Sequence record: NC_071007.1
Strand: one strand, 5' to 3'
DNA: 64,000 nt
Position numbers and translations under genes: made by a program. Under the pieces are notes generated by a model. That model was not told where the DNA came from. It saw only the letters and a list, made by a program, of their open reading frames with translations, and ran no database searches. This document shows, one piece after another, positions 18,965-27,874 of this stretch. Every line of letters begins with the position of its first letter. Position 1 is the first letter of the stretch.

Positions 18965-19669
18965 TTAATAAACATTAATTGGATTAGATAGAAAATCCCT
19001 TCCTTTACTGACCCGTTCTTTTATTTTTGCAATTTCCTCTTCTTCATATTTCTTGATCATTGCACTAATACGAGAACTTCTAGTAAGTTTAGGGTGATCC
19101 AGTTTACCAGTATGGATGTTAAACCTGGATATCAACCCACCACATTTCTCAGGGAACATGGTATTTCCAAAAGAAACAATTTCAAGAGCATTGTTCCAAC
19201 CTTTACCAAGCTCCCATTCCGGCATATGTTGAATATACCCACCAACAGCCGGTTTAGTTGGATTACTGTAATACCACCGGAATTTCCTTGACAGGTAATC
19301 ATCGCTACGGAATACATCCATAGCGTAGGGTTTTAATTCCTCCCCAAAATGTTCGAGTCCGACCATCATTACATGACAGTCCACTCGCTCCACCAGCAAC
19401 CTTTGCATCCTGGTGAAATGATCTTTGGCGCATAAACCAATTCGACCTGCCACCATCAGTTCATCGATGACATCTCTGATATCAGAGGTGGTCCCCGTCC
19501 CTACCAATGCCTTTATGGTTGTTTTGGAGTTTTCATCATACCAGTCAAAGTTAGGAACAACGATTTTTGTCAGGTGAAAATTATCGCCAGTCTTCTTGTA
19601 TTTTGGATTGCTGTAAGTACTTGCACCATCAGCAACTAAATGAGTTCCATCAAAAGCTATAATAGTCAT
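18965..19669 (-). CDS. Ntn-hydrolase / HslV-proteasome-beta-like protein
   Basis: M-TIIAFDG..LVADG N-terminus gives an N-terminal Thr after Met removal; ALVGTG strand. Confidence 0.55.
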   Translation of the reverse strand: MTIIAFDGTHLVADGASTYSNPKYKKTGDNFHLTKIVVPNFDWYDENSKTTIKALVGTGTTSDIRDVIDELMVAGRIGLCAKDHFTRMQRLLVERVDCHVMMVGLEHFGEELKPYAMDVFRSDDYLSRKFRWYYSNPTKPAVGGYIQHMPEWELGKGWNNALEIVSFGNTMFPEKCGGLISRFNIHTGKLDHPKLTRSSRISAMIKKYEEEEIAKIKERVSKGRDFLSNPINVY

Positions 19670-19685
19670 TACGTAAATTCCTTAG

Positions 19686-20123
19686 TTACAATTTTTCAGA
19701 AGAAGATCTAATGGGTTTATCAGACATAATCCCAAAGAAACATTCTTCATCACAGAACCCAAAACCGAGACGATTATTAGAAAGGTCTAAAGTGTCAGGA
19801 AAAATTATCCCAATTACATAATCGTTGTAAGTAGTATAATCACAAAGGTAATAACATTCATCTTCCAAACAGTAAAGTAGTTTGCGAAGTGTCATATCTT
19901 CTTTGGAATTGTTTTGGTTATAAATAATATCGATATAATCGGACAACCAATCACACCAAGTAAACATATCCGGAGTGAATTCATGGACTACAGTAAAATC
20001 TGCTGGAAGTTTAAGTTCCTCCACAACAGTTCCTGCGCAACCAGAATAAAACAAAACAGCTTTGACTCCAGCTATTTCAATTTGATAAGCTTGAAGGTTA
20101 TTTGCTTGAGTAATGTGTTTCAT
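19686..20123 (-). CDS. Acidic hypothetical protein
   Basis: 23 D/E vs 10 K/R in 145 aa (hand count). Confidence 0.6.
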   Translation of the reverse strand: MKHITQANNLQAYQIEIAGVKAVLFYSGCAGTVVEELKLPADFTVVHEFTPDMFTWCDWLSDYIDIIYNQNNSKEDMTLRKLLYCLEDECYYLCDYTTYNDYVIGIIFPDTLDLSNNRLGFGFCDEECFFGIMSDKPIRSSSEKL

Positions 20124-20149
20124 AATCTTATCCTAATTTAAATATTGAA

Positions 20150-20548
20150 TTAACCTAAATCAATTTTAACCAGTTTACCTTCTTTTGTCTTACAGAACTG
20201 GTTAATGTGTGCATCATTATCCCAGAAGTCAAAATCTAAATCAGACTCTTCTAGGAGTTGGGTAAACAACTTTGCATACTCTTCTTTGTTATCAAGTGGA
20301 GTATAACGTTTCATAACTACAATTAAACCAAAAGGATCAGCAAAATAAAGTTTAGGTATTCCTACTTTCCCCTCATTCTTTCTGATACATTCTACTTCCC
20401 AACGGTTTGCATACATGTTGTTAGAAAGAACCTCAAAACTGGGATTCCATTCATCCCATGCCGACGCTCTTGGAAACTTGATAACAATCTTTGGTAACAT
20501 AAGTACGTGTCTACATGTACCAATTGCCTGTTTTTTCATTGATCGCAT
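20150..20548 (-). CDS. Minimal protein-kinase-like protein B
   Basis: GTCRHV, VIKFPR (VAIK Lys), RWEVE (helix C Glu), VVMKRY, DAHINQF, ends at KIDLG. Confidence 0.6.
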   Translation of the reverse strand: MRSMKKQAIGTCRHVLMLPKIVIKFPRASAWDEWNPSFEVLSNNMYANRWEVECIRKNEGKVGIPKLYFADPFGLIVVMKRYTPLDNKEEYAKLFTQLLEESDLDFDFWDNDAHINQFCKTKEGKLVKIDLG

Positions 20549-20970
20549 ATCCCCATATCAAGTTTAACTAAACGACCGTATTTATCCCACCCGTAGTTAA
20601 AAACTTTGTTATCTATAAACCAAATATCTACATATCTTGCATCTTCTTGGTCTTGAAGGATTGTGAGACGTTTTGCATAACGAAGATATTCTTTATGGGT
20701 ATCTTTAACTTCCGTGTATTTTTCCATTACAATACAGATGCCAAAGAACCATGTACTAATAACAACGGGAATAGATTCTGGATAGTTACCTTTATAGTTT
20801 TTAATGGTGTTTAATTCTTCTTTGTTAGATTTTAAACCCCTTTTAAAATCTTTCCAAGATTCTGTTCTAGGAAGTTTGATTACCTTGTTCTTAAAAACAA
20901 AAACTTGTCTATCTCGACCAGAAACCTTTTCTTTACAATTAAACAATTTGATCATTATAAAATTAAACAT
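20536..20970 (-). CDS. Minimal protein-kinase-like protein A
   Basis: GRDRQV, VIKLPR, NKEE, IVMEKY, DNKVFNYG (DxKxxN), KLDMG. Confidence 0.65.
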   Translation of the reverse strand: MFNFIMIKLFNCKEKVSGRDRQVFVFKNKVIKLPRTESWKDFKRGLKSNKEELNTIKNYKGNYPESIPVVISTWFFGICIVMEKYTEVKDTHKEYLRYAKRLTILQDQEDARYVDIWFIDNKVFNYGWDKYGRLVKLDMGICDQ

Positions 20971-21016
20971 AGTGTTTATTTCCCTAAATTAAATAAACAT
21001 GATAAGTGTACGTATT

Positions 21017-21034
21017 GATAATATAGGTTTAAAA
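21017..21034 (-). promoter_or_regulatory. Early-type promoter motif driving kinase operon
   Basis: Minus strand TTTTAAACCTATATTATC. Confidence 0.7.
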
Positions 21035-21099
21035 TATTTTACGGTCAAGATTGTTTGAATTGGACTCTAGACGCATGGTCATAACTTAGGTAGAAAAAT

Positions 21100-21690
21100 A
21101 TGATAACTGACTCAATTATTCGAACAAAGAGAATAAAAGATCCTTTATTTTCTTCTGTCAAATTGTATTTAGCTGATCTTGCCCAACAGATGTTAGAAAA
21201 ATATGGTTTAGCTAAATATGAAGAAATCACTAATAAATATTACAATCTTAAAAATGAAGACGTTCAAATAGAACCTCCAACACTGTTTCCTAATGGAAAA
21301 TTAATTGCTTGTTTTTTATCTAGAAAAAGTGGGCTGTTTTATGCTGACGCAATACTTCCTACAGTGGAATTAAAAGATATCTTTAGGGATTTACTTATCG
21401 CAATTCCAGAGAAAACAAAAGTACAGTTAGAAAATGAAATTACCTCAAATGTAGTTGATTTTGGGTGTTTTTATCTAACTGATCAAAGTAATTATGTTAT
21501 TGTATTAAACAACAATCAAAACACTATTGAAAGCGTGTATGAAGCTCTAGGATCAATTTATTGGGAAGAGATGACACTTACCCTAGAAGAAGAACAGAAT
21601 CCTTATACAAAGCTTTCAGGAAGCTTAAAAGTCAAATCTCCTAATATGTCTGAAATGACATTAGGGGTTTATTTTAAAGACCATTTTTAA
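21100..21690 (+). CDS. Stand-alone paralog of the N-terminal domain of the 32522-35719 protein
   Basis: DPLFS, VxLKDIF.D, IY.xE and SG...K motifs are co-linear with the first ~200 aa of the 1065-aa protein. Confidence 0.7.
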   Translation: MITDSIIRTKRIKDPLFSSVKLYLADLAQQMLEKYGLAKYEEITNKYYNLKNEDVQIEPPTLFPNGKLIACFLSRKSGLFYADAILPTVELKDIFRDLLIAIPEKTKVQLENEITSNVVDFGCFYLTDQSNYVIVLNNNQNTIESVYEALGSIYWEEMTLTLEEEQNPYTKLSGSLKVKSPNMSEMTLGVYFKDHF

Positions 21691-21703
21691 ATAAAAAATA
21701 ATA

Positions 21704-21734
21704 TAGCTCTGTGAACCAATGGTTCACAGAGCTA
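21704..21734. terminator. Bidirectional hairpin between convergent genes
   Basis: 15-bp arms TAGCTCTGTGAACCA/TGGTTCACAGAGCTA, 1-nt spacer. Confidence 0.8.
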
Positions 21735-21738
21735 ATCA

Positions 21739-22191
21739 TCAATAGTAATAAGATTCTTCAAATATTTCTTTGAAAATAGTGATGAACTCTTCTTTACTTA
21801 CTTTCTTATATTCGATAGGTGCCGGTTCATCAAACATGGTTCCTAGTGGTTTAAATCCTGCCGGAACAATCAATGCTACCATGTACTGGTTTCTAGCTTT
21901 TCCTACAAAGATATCATGGGGATTATCCAGAAGTTGTTTAAAGTGTTTTTGATCTTCCGGTGTTTTACATCTACAGGAGATCGATTCACCATTAAACCCT
22001 TCTACGGTGGGCTGATCCAACTTCAATTTGGAATTTGCAAACCCACCATAAAAAGCAGAGACCCAAGTATCTTGACCCATTTCACGGTGCTGATAACTAT
22101 CACACCGGCGAGTAATAGCAAGTGCATCAAATGACTCTTCACCTGTTTCTTCATTTTTCAGTTGAAGGAAACCGTACAAATATTTAAACAT
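21739..22191 (-). CDS. Hypothetical protein
   Basis: 150-aa operon ORF. Confidence 0.6.
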   Translation of the reverse strand: MFKYLYGFLQLKNEETGEESFDALAITRRCDSYQHREMGQDTWVSAFYGGFANSKLKLDQPTVEGFNGESISCRCKTPEDQKHFKQLLDNPHDIFVGKARNQYMVALIVPAGFKPLGTMFDEPAPIEYKKVSKEEFITIFKEIFEESYYY

Positions 22192-22193
22192 AA

Positions 22194-22640
22194 TCAGTCC
22201 TTATTAATTTTGATAAAAAGTTCATAATCACTTTGAACATCTTCATGTGTGATTTCTTTTTCAAACCATGCCGGAAAGTCTGTAAAATTGCTTGCCGTTA
22301 ACTCGTCAGTAAATTCTATTTGGACAATAGCCAAGTCATCCAAGAACAAAAAACGATCAAATTGAACTGGATTGTTACCAACCGAAAATTTTGTTCTTTC
22401 TTTAATAAGCATTTCAGGAGCAGATGCTTTTTCATATTCCTCTAGGAATTTTTCCATAGGAATGGTAACGTCATTTTCAAAACAAGTAACATGGTTATCT
22501 TTTCTATTTTTCTGATAACAAAATCTAGCTCTATCTTGGTTATAAAACTGACGAATATAAACTGTATTTTCATCAGTGATCACGCTAGATGGAAAATGAT
22601 CTAAATTAACCAGCCAGCGACGTCCAATTTTAGTGTCCAT
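22194..22640 (-). CDS. CYTH-like (triphosphate tunnel) protein, degenerate
   Basis: RRWLV..IRQFY..KER..FDRF..IVQIEF..FPAWFEKEITHED follows the CYTH pattern, but ExExK reads TKIGRR. Confidence 0.6.
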   Translation of the reverse strand: MDTKIGRRWLVNLDHFPSSVITDENTVYIRQFYNQDRARFCYQKNRKDNHVTCFENDVTIPMEKFLEEYEKASAPEMLIKERTKFSVGNNPVQFDRFLFLDDLAIVQIEFTDELTASNFTDFPAWFEKEITHEDVQSDYELFIKINKD

Positions 22641-22669
22641 TATTTAATCCTAAATAAAAACAATAGGTA

Positions 22670-22699
22670 AGTTGGGTGGAGGTTAACCTCCACCCAACT
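22670..22699 (-). terminator. 30-bp perfect palindrome / terminator
   Basis: AGTTGGGTGGAGGTTAACCTCCACCCAACT, no spacer. Confidence 0.8.
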
Positions 22700-22704
22700 A
22701 TTAA

Positions 22705-23079
22705 TTAAACAGTAAACTTACCCAAATCCAGTTTACAGTTCTTAGAGATCCACATACTGATCACGTTATCATCAGTTCCATCATCATAATAGAATTGATT
22801 AGACGATGTTGTAAGCGAATCTACCAGATCTTTCAACCGACGCCCTTGTTCCCCTTCAAGTTCTCTGGATTTGGCTTCAATAGCCTTTACCATTTTAACC
22901 GGAGTAGAAAGATCAGTTGCTTCGATAACAATAGGATCGGCAACCCAGGTAAAGTCAAGACCCAGATCTTCTACTGATCCCTTGTGGGCTGCGATGATAA
23001 CCTTACTTGGCAGAACACCAATCTGAGGATTCTTCACAACCCCAACGATGATCTGTTTTTCTTTGATAGATAAAGTCAT
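22705..23079 (-). CDS. Hypothetical protein
   Basis: 124-aa ORF with AGGA SD. Confidence 0.65.
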   Translation of the reverse strand: MTLSIKEKQIIVGVVKNPQIGVLPSKVIIAAHKGSVEDLGLDFTWVADPIVIEATDLSTPVKMVKAIEAKSRELEGEQGRRLKDLVDSLTTSSNQFYYDDGTDDNVISMWISKNCKLDLGKFTV

Positions 23080-23087
23080 AGCTTTCC

Positions 23088-23525
23088 TTATACGTTTGTT
23101 ATTTCACACAAAGTGTTGAACCCGTCTTCTTCAAAGACGGTATCCCAACTATCATAAAAACTGCGATGAATATCAACATCAGGAACAATCAACAAAGCTT
23201 CAAAACCATCTTCATAGATTTCAAAGCACCGGAAACTAGTTCCGGTCAATTGTTCGATAATATCGATAACGACTTCTATATCATCGTTAGAGTTTACTTC
23301 TTCCAAAGCAACTTTGATATCGACAATATCTTCCGCATATTGATCACAGCGTACAGTTTTTCCATACTGATCTTCAAACCCATCGGGAAGCGTTAACAGT
23401 TCATCATTGTTACTGTTTTCACTTCCAACCAACAAAAGGCAGGAATGCACCTCCTGCCTTGCATGATATTTCAATTCAAAAATATTGATAACATCTTTCT
23501 GAATTGGAAAACTGATTCTGGGCAT
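23088..23525 (-). CDS. Highly acidic hypothetical protein
   Basis: 32 D/E vs 9 K/R in 145 aa (hand count). Confidence 0.65.
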   Translation of the reverse strand: MPRISFPIQKDVINIFELKYHARQEVHSCLLLVGSENSNNDELLTLPDGFEDQYGKTVRCDQYAEDIVDIKVALEEVNSNDDIEVVIDIIEQLTGTSFRCFEIYEDGFEALLIVPDVDIHRSFYDSWDTVFEEDGFNTLCEITNV

Positions 23526-23534
23526 GATTATTCC

Positions 23535-23888
23535 TTAGCCTTGCGGGGTAAATGTCCAATCACCTTCATTGGTGTTTACTTTGATCTCTAACACTTCACA
23601 CGGGTAACTATTCCCATTGATGTTATTAAAGACCATCCAGCGCCAATCTTTACTTTGTCCAAACTTCAATACAGTCCCTTTTCCAGGGTTTCCCAAGGAA
23701 GGACGATCACACGCTCCACGGTTGACGACAACATTATTAACAACAACCTGATCAACCACAGACGTGAGCCTAACAACCAGGTAGTTATTAACGATAGCGG
23801 TTTGAAGTTTAAACGGATTTTGCGGTTGTGCTATGGAAGGGAAACTCATTGCTATTACCATAACCAGGAGTGCCTTAAAAATGCTCAT
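23535..23888 (-). CDS. Secreted/periplasmic small beta protein
   Basis: Signal peptide MSIFKALLVMVIAMSFPSIA; one Cys pair (VNRGAC...YPCEV). Confidence 0.7.
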   Translation of the reverse strand: MSIFKALLVMVIAMSFPSIAQPQNPFKLQTAIVNNYLVVRLTSVVDQVVVNNVVVNRGACDRPSLGNPGKGTVLKFGQSKDWRWMVFNNINGNSYPCEVLEIKVNTNEGDWTFTPQG

Positions 23889-23947
23889 CTTCTATTCCTT
23901 TTAGGTTAATTGTGATATGATAAAGGTTTCCCTTTTAAACCATATCG

Positions 23948-24337
23948 TTAAGGTTTACTACTGTCTACAGCTTCTTTGTTTTTCAAACAAGCTAACACAT
24001 TGGTCACTAAATTTTTGTAAATAGTGGAGGGTTCTTTGAGCGCAACCATTCCCGTGACCATGACTTGAAAAACATAATAAATCAGCTCCGGATTAAAATC
24101 GATTTCTGTCCGAGTGGTATGATGTATTTTGCAATATTCATCAATTGCATTTTCAATCATGTCTTTGGGAATGACGATGTCGTTGTAAGAACTGTTCTCA
24201 TACTTTATCAACAATTCTTTCAGAATTTTTCTGCCGAAACAATTCCCGACATCAGTAAAGAACTGTTGTTTAATATCATAAGGTTCACCCAAAAACCCGT
24301 ACAACCCTTCATTCATGAAAACACTTAATGTAGACAT
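23948..24337 (-). CDS. Hypothetical protein
   Basis: 129-aa ORF with AGGA SD. Confidence 0.6.
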   Translation of the reverse strand: MSTLSVFMNEGLYGFLGEPYDIKQQFFTDVGNCFGRKILKELLIKYENSSYNDIVIPKDMIENAIDEYCKIHHTTRTEIDFNPELIYYVFQVMVTGMVALKEPSTIYKNLVTNVLACLKNKEAVDSSKP

Positions 24338-24346
24338 GTTTGTTCC

Positions 24347-24742
24347 TTAAAGTTTACGGATAAAAACACGCATCGGAAATTCAGAAGTATTTTCGCCAGG
24401 TACTGAGGTTTTCCAGAATTTAGAACCATTCGGGTTATCAAGAAATCTGGCAACCAGCAACATTTTGTAAACAACATCAAATTGATGGCTGTTTTCTACC
24501 GCCCAGCGATAAACTTTGGCTTCCCAATTGGTGCCATGAAGAATCTCTTCGGCACGATAGGAAAGATGTTCTTCCAGGTGTTCTGGGGATTTGAACTGAA
24601 AAACGCCGTAACCAGCAACCAGAAACTGGTGGTCGTCTTGTTGTATAACTTCATTGTCCCCAAGAAAACGAAACTTATGTTTCAGTCCATAAAGTTTCAT
24701 TTTGAACTGGGTTTTCAGCATTTCATCAAGCAGGATATTCAT
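24347..24742 (-). CDS. Hypothetical protein, paralog of 30240-30638
   Basis: RFLGDNEVI..D.Q..VAG.G and FP...FIR.L motifs shared; likely start MNILL at 24742. Confidence 0.65.
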   Translation of the reverse strand: MNILLDEMLKTQFKMKLYGLKHKFRFLGDNEVIQQDDHQFLVAGYGVFQFKSPEHLEEHLSYRAEEILHGTNWEAKVYRWAVENSHQFDVVYKMLLVARFLDNPNGSKFWKTSVPGENTSEFPMRVFIRKL

Positions 24743-24772
24743 AGTCATTCCTTTTCTAAATAAAGAGTGAAT

Positions 24773-24801
24773 AGGTGAAAGGATCAATGATCCTTTCACC
24801 T
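24773..24801 (-). terminator. Hairpin (terminator and/or 5' leader stem)
   Basis: 14-bp arms AGGTGAAAGGATCA/TGATCCTTTCACCT, immediately downstream of the promoter motif at 24804. Confidence 0.7.
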
Positions 24802-24803
24802 TA

Positions 24804-24820
24804 ATAATGTATGTTTAAAA
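24804..24820 (-). promoter_or_regulatory. Early-type promoter motif (one mismatch)
   Basis: Minus strand TTTTAAACATACATTAT. Confidence 0.5.
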
Positions 24821-24831
24821 CTAAATGGAGA

Positions 24832-25329
24832 TTAAACTGGGAAAAAGTGTTTAAACAAATCCGGCCAAGTTTCTTTAATGGCGACCAGATCTTCTATGGT
24901 GGCATCAACCCAAGATTGTCGGTTAACAACGTTCTTAATAAATGCGCGCTTAGTACCAACAAAGATGGCATTCAAATAACCAGCTTTATTATAACGAAGT
25001 TGAACAGTAAGTGTTGCTTTCCCAAATTTTTCCAAAATAGATTTTGGAGCAGAATTACCGTAGCGATCTACTTTCAGATTACTAATGTAGTTGCCGCGCA
25101 ACTCTGTTTTAGGACCAAAAGGCGGTACATTAGAAGTATCAGGACCTTTAATATAATTAGGTTCTTGGAAAACACCATCCACTTCAATTGTTTCATCTTG
25201 GGTTTCTGGATTTTCTTTCAAGTATTCATCAACCGCTGTTTGGTTCAGATAAAAACACAGACCGTAATTTTTATTGTTATGACAAACAGAAGTCAGACGG
25301 AAAAATTTAACATGTTTAATCAATTTCAT
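24832..25329 (-). CDS. Hypothetical protein
   Basis: 165-aa ORF with AAGGA SD. Confidence 0.6.
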   Translation of the reverse strand: MKLIKHVKFFRLTSVCHNNKNYGLCFYLNQTAVDEYLKENPETQDETIEVDGVFQEPNYIKGPDTSNVPPFGPKTELRGNYISNLKVDRYGNSAPKSILEKFGKATLTVQLRYNKAGYLNAIFVGTKRAFIKNVVNRQSWVDATIEDLVAIKETWPDLFKHFFPV

Positions 25330-25340
25330 TTTATTTCCTT

Positions 25341-25742
25341 TTAGGCTTTAAAAATAGGAGAACGATTGTTCGTATCAACAATGAGGTGATTTAATTGTTT
25401 AACACTTACATCTAATTGCTTCATCAGTAAAATATATTTTTTAATTATTTCTTCTGGTTCTAATATATTGTCAGTTAAAAATGCGTTATCCTTGGGATAG
25501 TAAACACCGTTAGAAGATGGATAATTGATTCCTAATCGATATAAACGTTTTCTTCCGGTAACCCACATTGCTAAATAATAATTTATAACTTGTTCTTCTA
25601 CAACACAACTATGTATAGAACTCATTGTTGTAGGAATGTGTTCAACTGGTCCAAATAGGATGGTCATTAAACGATCATAGAAATTAAAATATTTTAATTG
25701 GAACAGTTTATACTTTACCCACCACAATTTAAAACGTAACAT
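25341..25742 (-). CDS. Hypothetical protein
   Basis: 133-aa operon ORF. Confidence 0.55.
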   Translation of the reverse strand: MLRFKLWWVKYKLFQLKYFNFYDRLMTILFGPVEHIPTTMSSIHSCVVEEQVINYYLAMWVTGRKRLYRLGINYPSSNGVYYPKDNAFLTDNILEPEEIIKKYILLMKQLDVSVKQLNHLIVDTNNRSPIFKA

Positions 25743-25756
25743 AAATAGATCCTTAT

Positions 25757-25784
25757 TTCCCTCCTCTCAATTGAGAGGAGGGAA
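25757..25784 (-). terminator. 28-bp perfect palindrome / terminator
   Basis: TTCCCTCCTCTCAATTGAGAGGAGGGAA. Confidence 0.75.
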
Positions 25785-25792
25785 CACGACTG

Positions 25793-26605
25793 TTACTTAG
25801 CAAGAAGTTTCTTAACCAAATTTGATTCAAGATCAAGATCTGGTCTAAGGAAAGAAATAATATCTTTCACTTCTTCAATTGTGTAACTCTCTTCATCGCA
25901 CAATTGAACAATTTCTTCTTGAGTTCTTACTTCTTCAATTTCCTGAACAACAGGTTCCAAGCGATTATGCAACCAGTCCGATAGAAAACTGTTGTTGGTA
26001 ATATAATCGATTACCCCCCCAACATGTTTAAACTTTTGATCGATTTGAGCAAAACTTCCATTTTTGCTGTACGGTTGTTCTGATGCCAAGATCAAACCAG
26101 ATTCAATTCCATTATCAGAATCAAAATACAGATACAGCCCTTGATCCTTCAAATGTTCAGGAATAAGCTCATTAAATGTAAATTCATCAATGAACTCACC
26201 AAAATAGTTTTCTTTATTATGGAGCTGGTAAACGCCATAACCAATGCGGTCAAAGAAAACATTACCTTCCCTACCTGGCTCATTTGATTTTTGTTTTTCT
26301 ACTATACTAATTTTGTAAGGAAGTTCTGGAAGTGTGATATAAATGACTTCTCCTGTCAAATGACTTCCTATGCGATTCAACGGAGGGGCTTCGTGAAGTT
26401 CAAAAATGACAACGTTATCACCATTCCGGATATAATTAGGTTCAACCCAAACTCCCCAGTTGCTTTTAAGTCCACATTGTTGTAATATTTTCTTAAAATC
26501 TTCTAGGGTAATGGATTGAAAACTGTTTAAATCTTGGTATCCATGTGCAACAAAACGAGTTGCTGAAACGCGGATAAAATGAACGTCGGACATATTAGAC
26601 CTCAA
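25793..26605 (-). CDS. Hypothetical protein
   Basis: 270-aa ORF. Confidence 0.65.
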   Translation of the reverse strand: MRSNMSDVHFIRVSATRFVAHGYQDLNSFQSITLEDFKKILQQCGLKSNWGVWVEPNYIRNGDNVVIFELHEAPPLNRIGSHLTGEVIYITLPELPYKISIVEKQKSNEPGREGNVFFDRIGYGVYQLHNKENYFGEFIDEFTFNELIPEHLKDQGLYLYFDSDNGIESGLILASEQPYSKNGSFAQIDQKFKHVGGVIDYITNNSFLSDWLHNRLEPVVQEIEEVRTQEEIVQLCDEESYTIEEVKDIISFLRPDLDLESNLVKKLLAK

Positions 26606-27450
26606 AATGTAGGATGAGTGTGTTCACTTTTAATCAGTTCGTATTTAGAATAGTCCAAATACTGTCGATCAGAAATGATAATGTAATCTTTAAAGCGTTC
26701 GGTCAAAACCCTTCCCCAATTAAGCTTATCACCTGCCACCAGATTTTTGGTGGTGTCATTTAGCAGTTGATGGTTAATAGCGCTCCCTGGAAGAGTAAAC
26801 AGAACATCAGTTTTACTTTCCATATCCATTGTCCATGCTTTTGCCAAATAAGGAAGATGATAAACCTTAATATGAATATTTTTGTTCTTAACAGAAAAAT
26901 GGACGGGTTGGCAACGATCCACTAACAATAGTGGAATTTGTTCAACTGGAATTTGAACAACGGTTTGGTCAGGATACTCTTTAGATATTTGAACCGCAGT
27001 TGCATAAACAAACTCCAGCATTGTTTCGGTATTGATTACCCACCAAGTTTTACGTGACGGTTTAACCATGACGGGTTTGATTAATGCCAAAGGAAGTGTC
27101 TTTTGTTTAAACTCTTCTTTTGTGTCCCACCCCAATCTGAATTCCAGCAGATTCATGAATGTCCGGTTCATTTCTTCAACCGTTGTTCTGAACAGTTCTA
27201 CTGAATTATGCCATGGATTAATGAACTTTTTAGGTTCATTGAGCTTAAACAAAAAGAGTTGTTCTTGAGGGGTGACGTGTACATGGATTTCATCTTCAGG
27301 CCACCCTTCAATGAGATCACTTCCCTTGTGTATATCAACTGATAAAGCACCGTGATTATCAGGATTGTAAGCAGGGTACAAATAAACATCTCCCCAGGGG
27401 TAAACAAGTTTAGACCACTCACTGCTAATACGGCGCGATACGTTAATCAT
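26602..27450 (-). CDS. Hypothetical protein
   Basis: 282-aa ORF with GGAG SD. Confidence 0.65.
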   Translation of the reverse strand: MINVSRRISSEWSKLVYPWGDVYLYPAYNPDNHGALSVDIHKGSDLIEGWPEDEIHVHVTPQEQLFLFKLNEPKKFINPWHNSVELFRTTVEEMNRTFMNLLEFRLGWDTKEEFKQKTLPLALIKPVMVKPSRKTWWVINTETMLEFVYATAVQISKEYPDQTVVQIPVEQIPLLLVDRCQPVHFSVKNKNIHIKVYHLPYLAKAWTMDMESKTDVLFTLPGSAINHQLLNDTTKNLVAGDKLNWGRVLTERFKDYIIISDRQYLDYSKYELIKSEHTHPTF

Positions 27451-27469
27451 GAATAACTCCCTAAATTGG

Positions 27470-27874
27470 TTATTTATTAATCAGTTGTTTAATAAGAGCT
27501 TTATGCTCTGGTTTTACTACTTCTAGTAAGATCAAGGAATGACCGGCCTTACTAAATTCTTTCACGTTGATCATAGGAAGCAAATCTTCGTGAAGAATTA
27601 AATCTAATTGACTTTTAGAAACCCGAGCTTCCAATGTTTTTACTACGTCATCTGGAAGATGGTGAGTCCAAATGTCACCCTCTCTAGAAATTGTGCAATG
27701 TTCTCTAATGTTGACTTTTGGGATAGCCAACCATGAACGATCTAGATCGGGGTTGATTGGAGTAATATCAATTTCAATTTGTGTATGGAATGCCCCACCC
27801 ATACGTTGGAGAACCCGGCTCCATGTTCTCCAATAACTGGAGTAGACAAACCAATCTTTATTATTGGAGATCAT
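27470..27874 (-). CDS. Hypothetical protein (SSYWRTWSRVL motif)
   Basis: Likely start MISNNK at 27874. Confidence 0.6.
   Translation of the reverse strand: MISNNKDWFVYSSYWRTWSRVLQRMGGAFHTQIEIDITPINPDLDRSWLAIPKVNIREHCTISREGDIWTHHLPDDVVKTLEARVSKSQLDLILHEDLLPMINVKEFSKAGHSLILLEVVKPEHKALIKQLINK

Noticed and set aside
21698-21715. Antisense early promoter (TTCACAGAGCTATATTAT) pointing into 21100-21690
   Set aside because: Overlaps a terminator arm and an AT tract; a chance match is likely without TSS data
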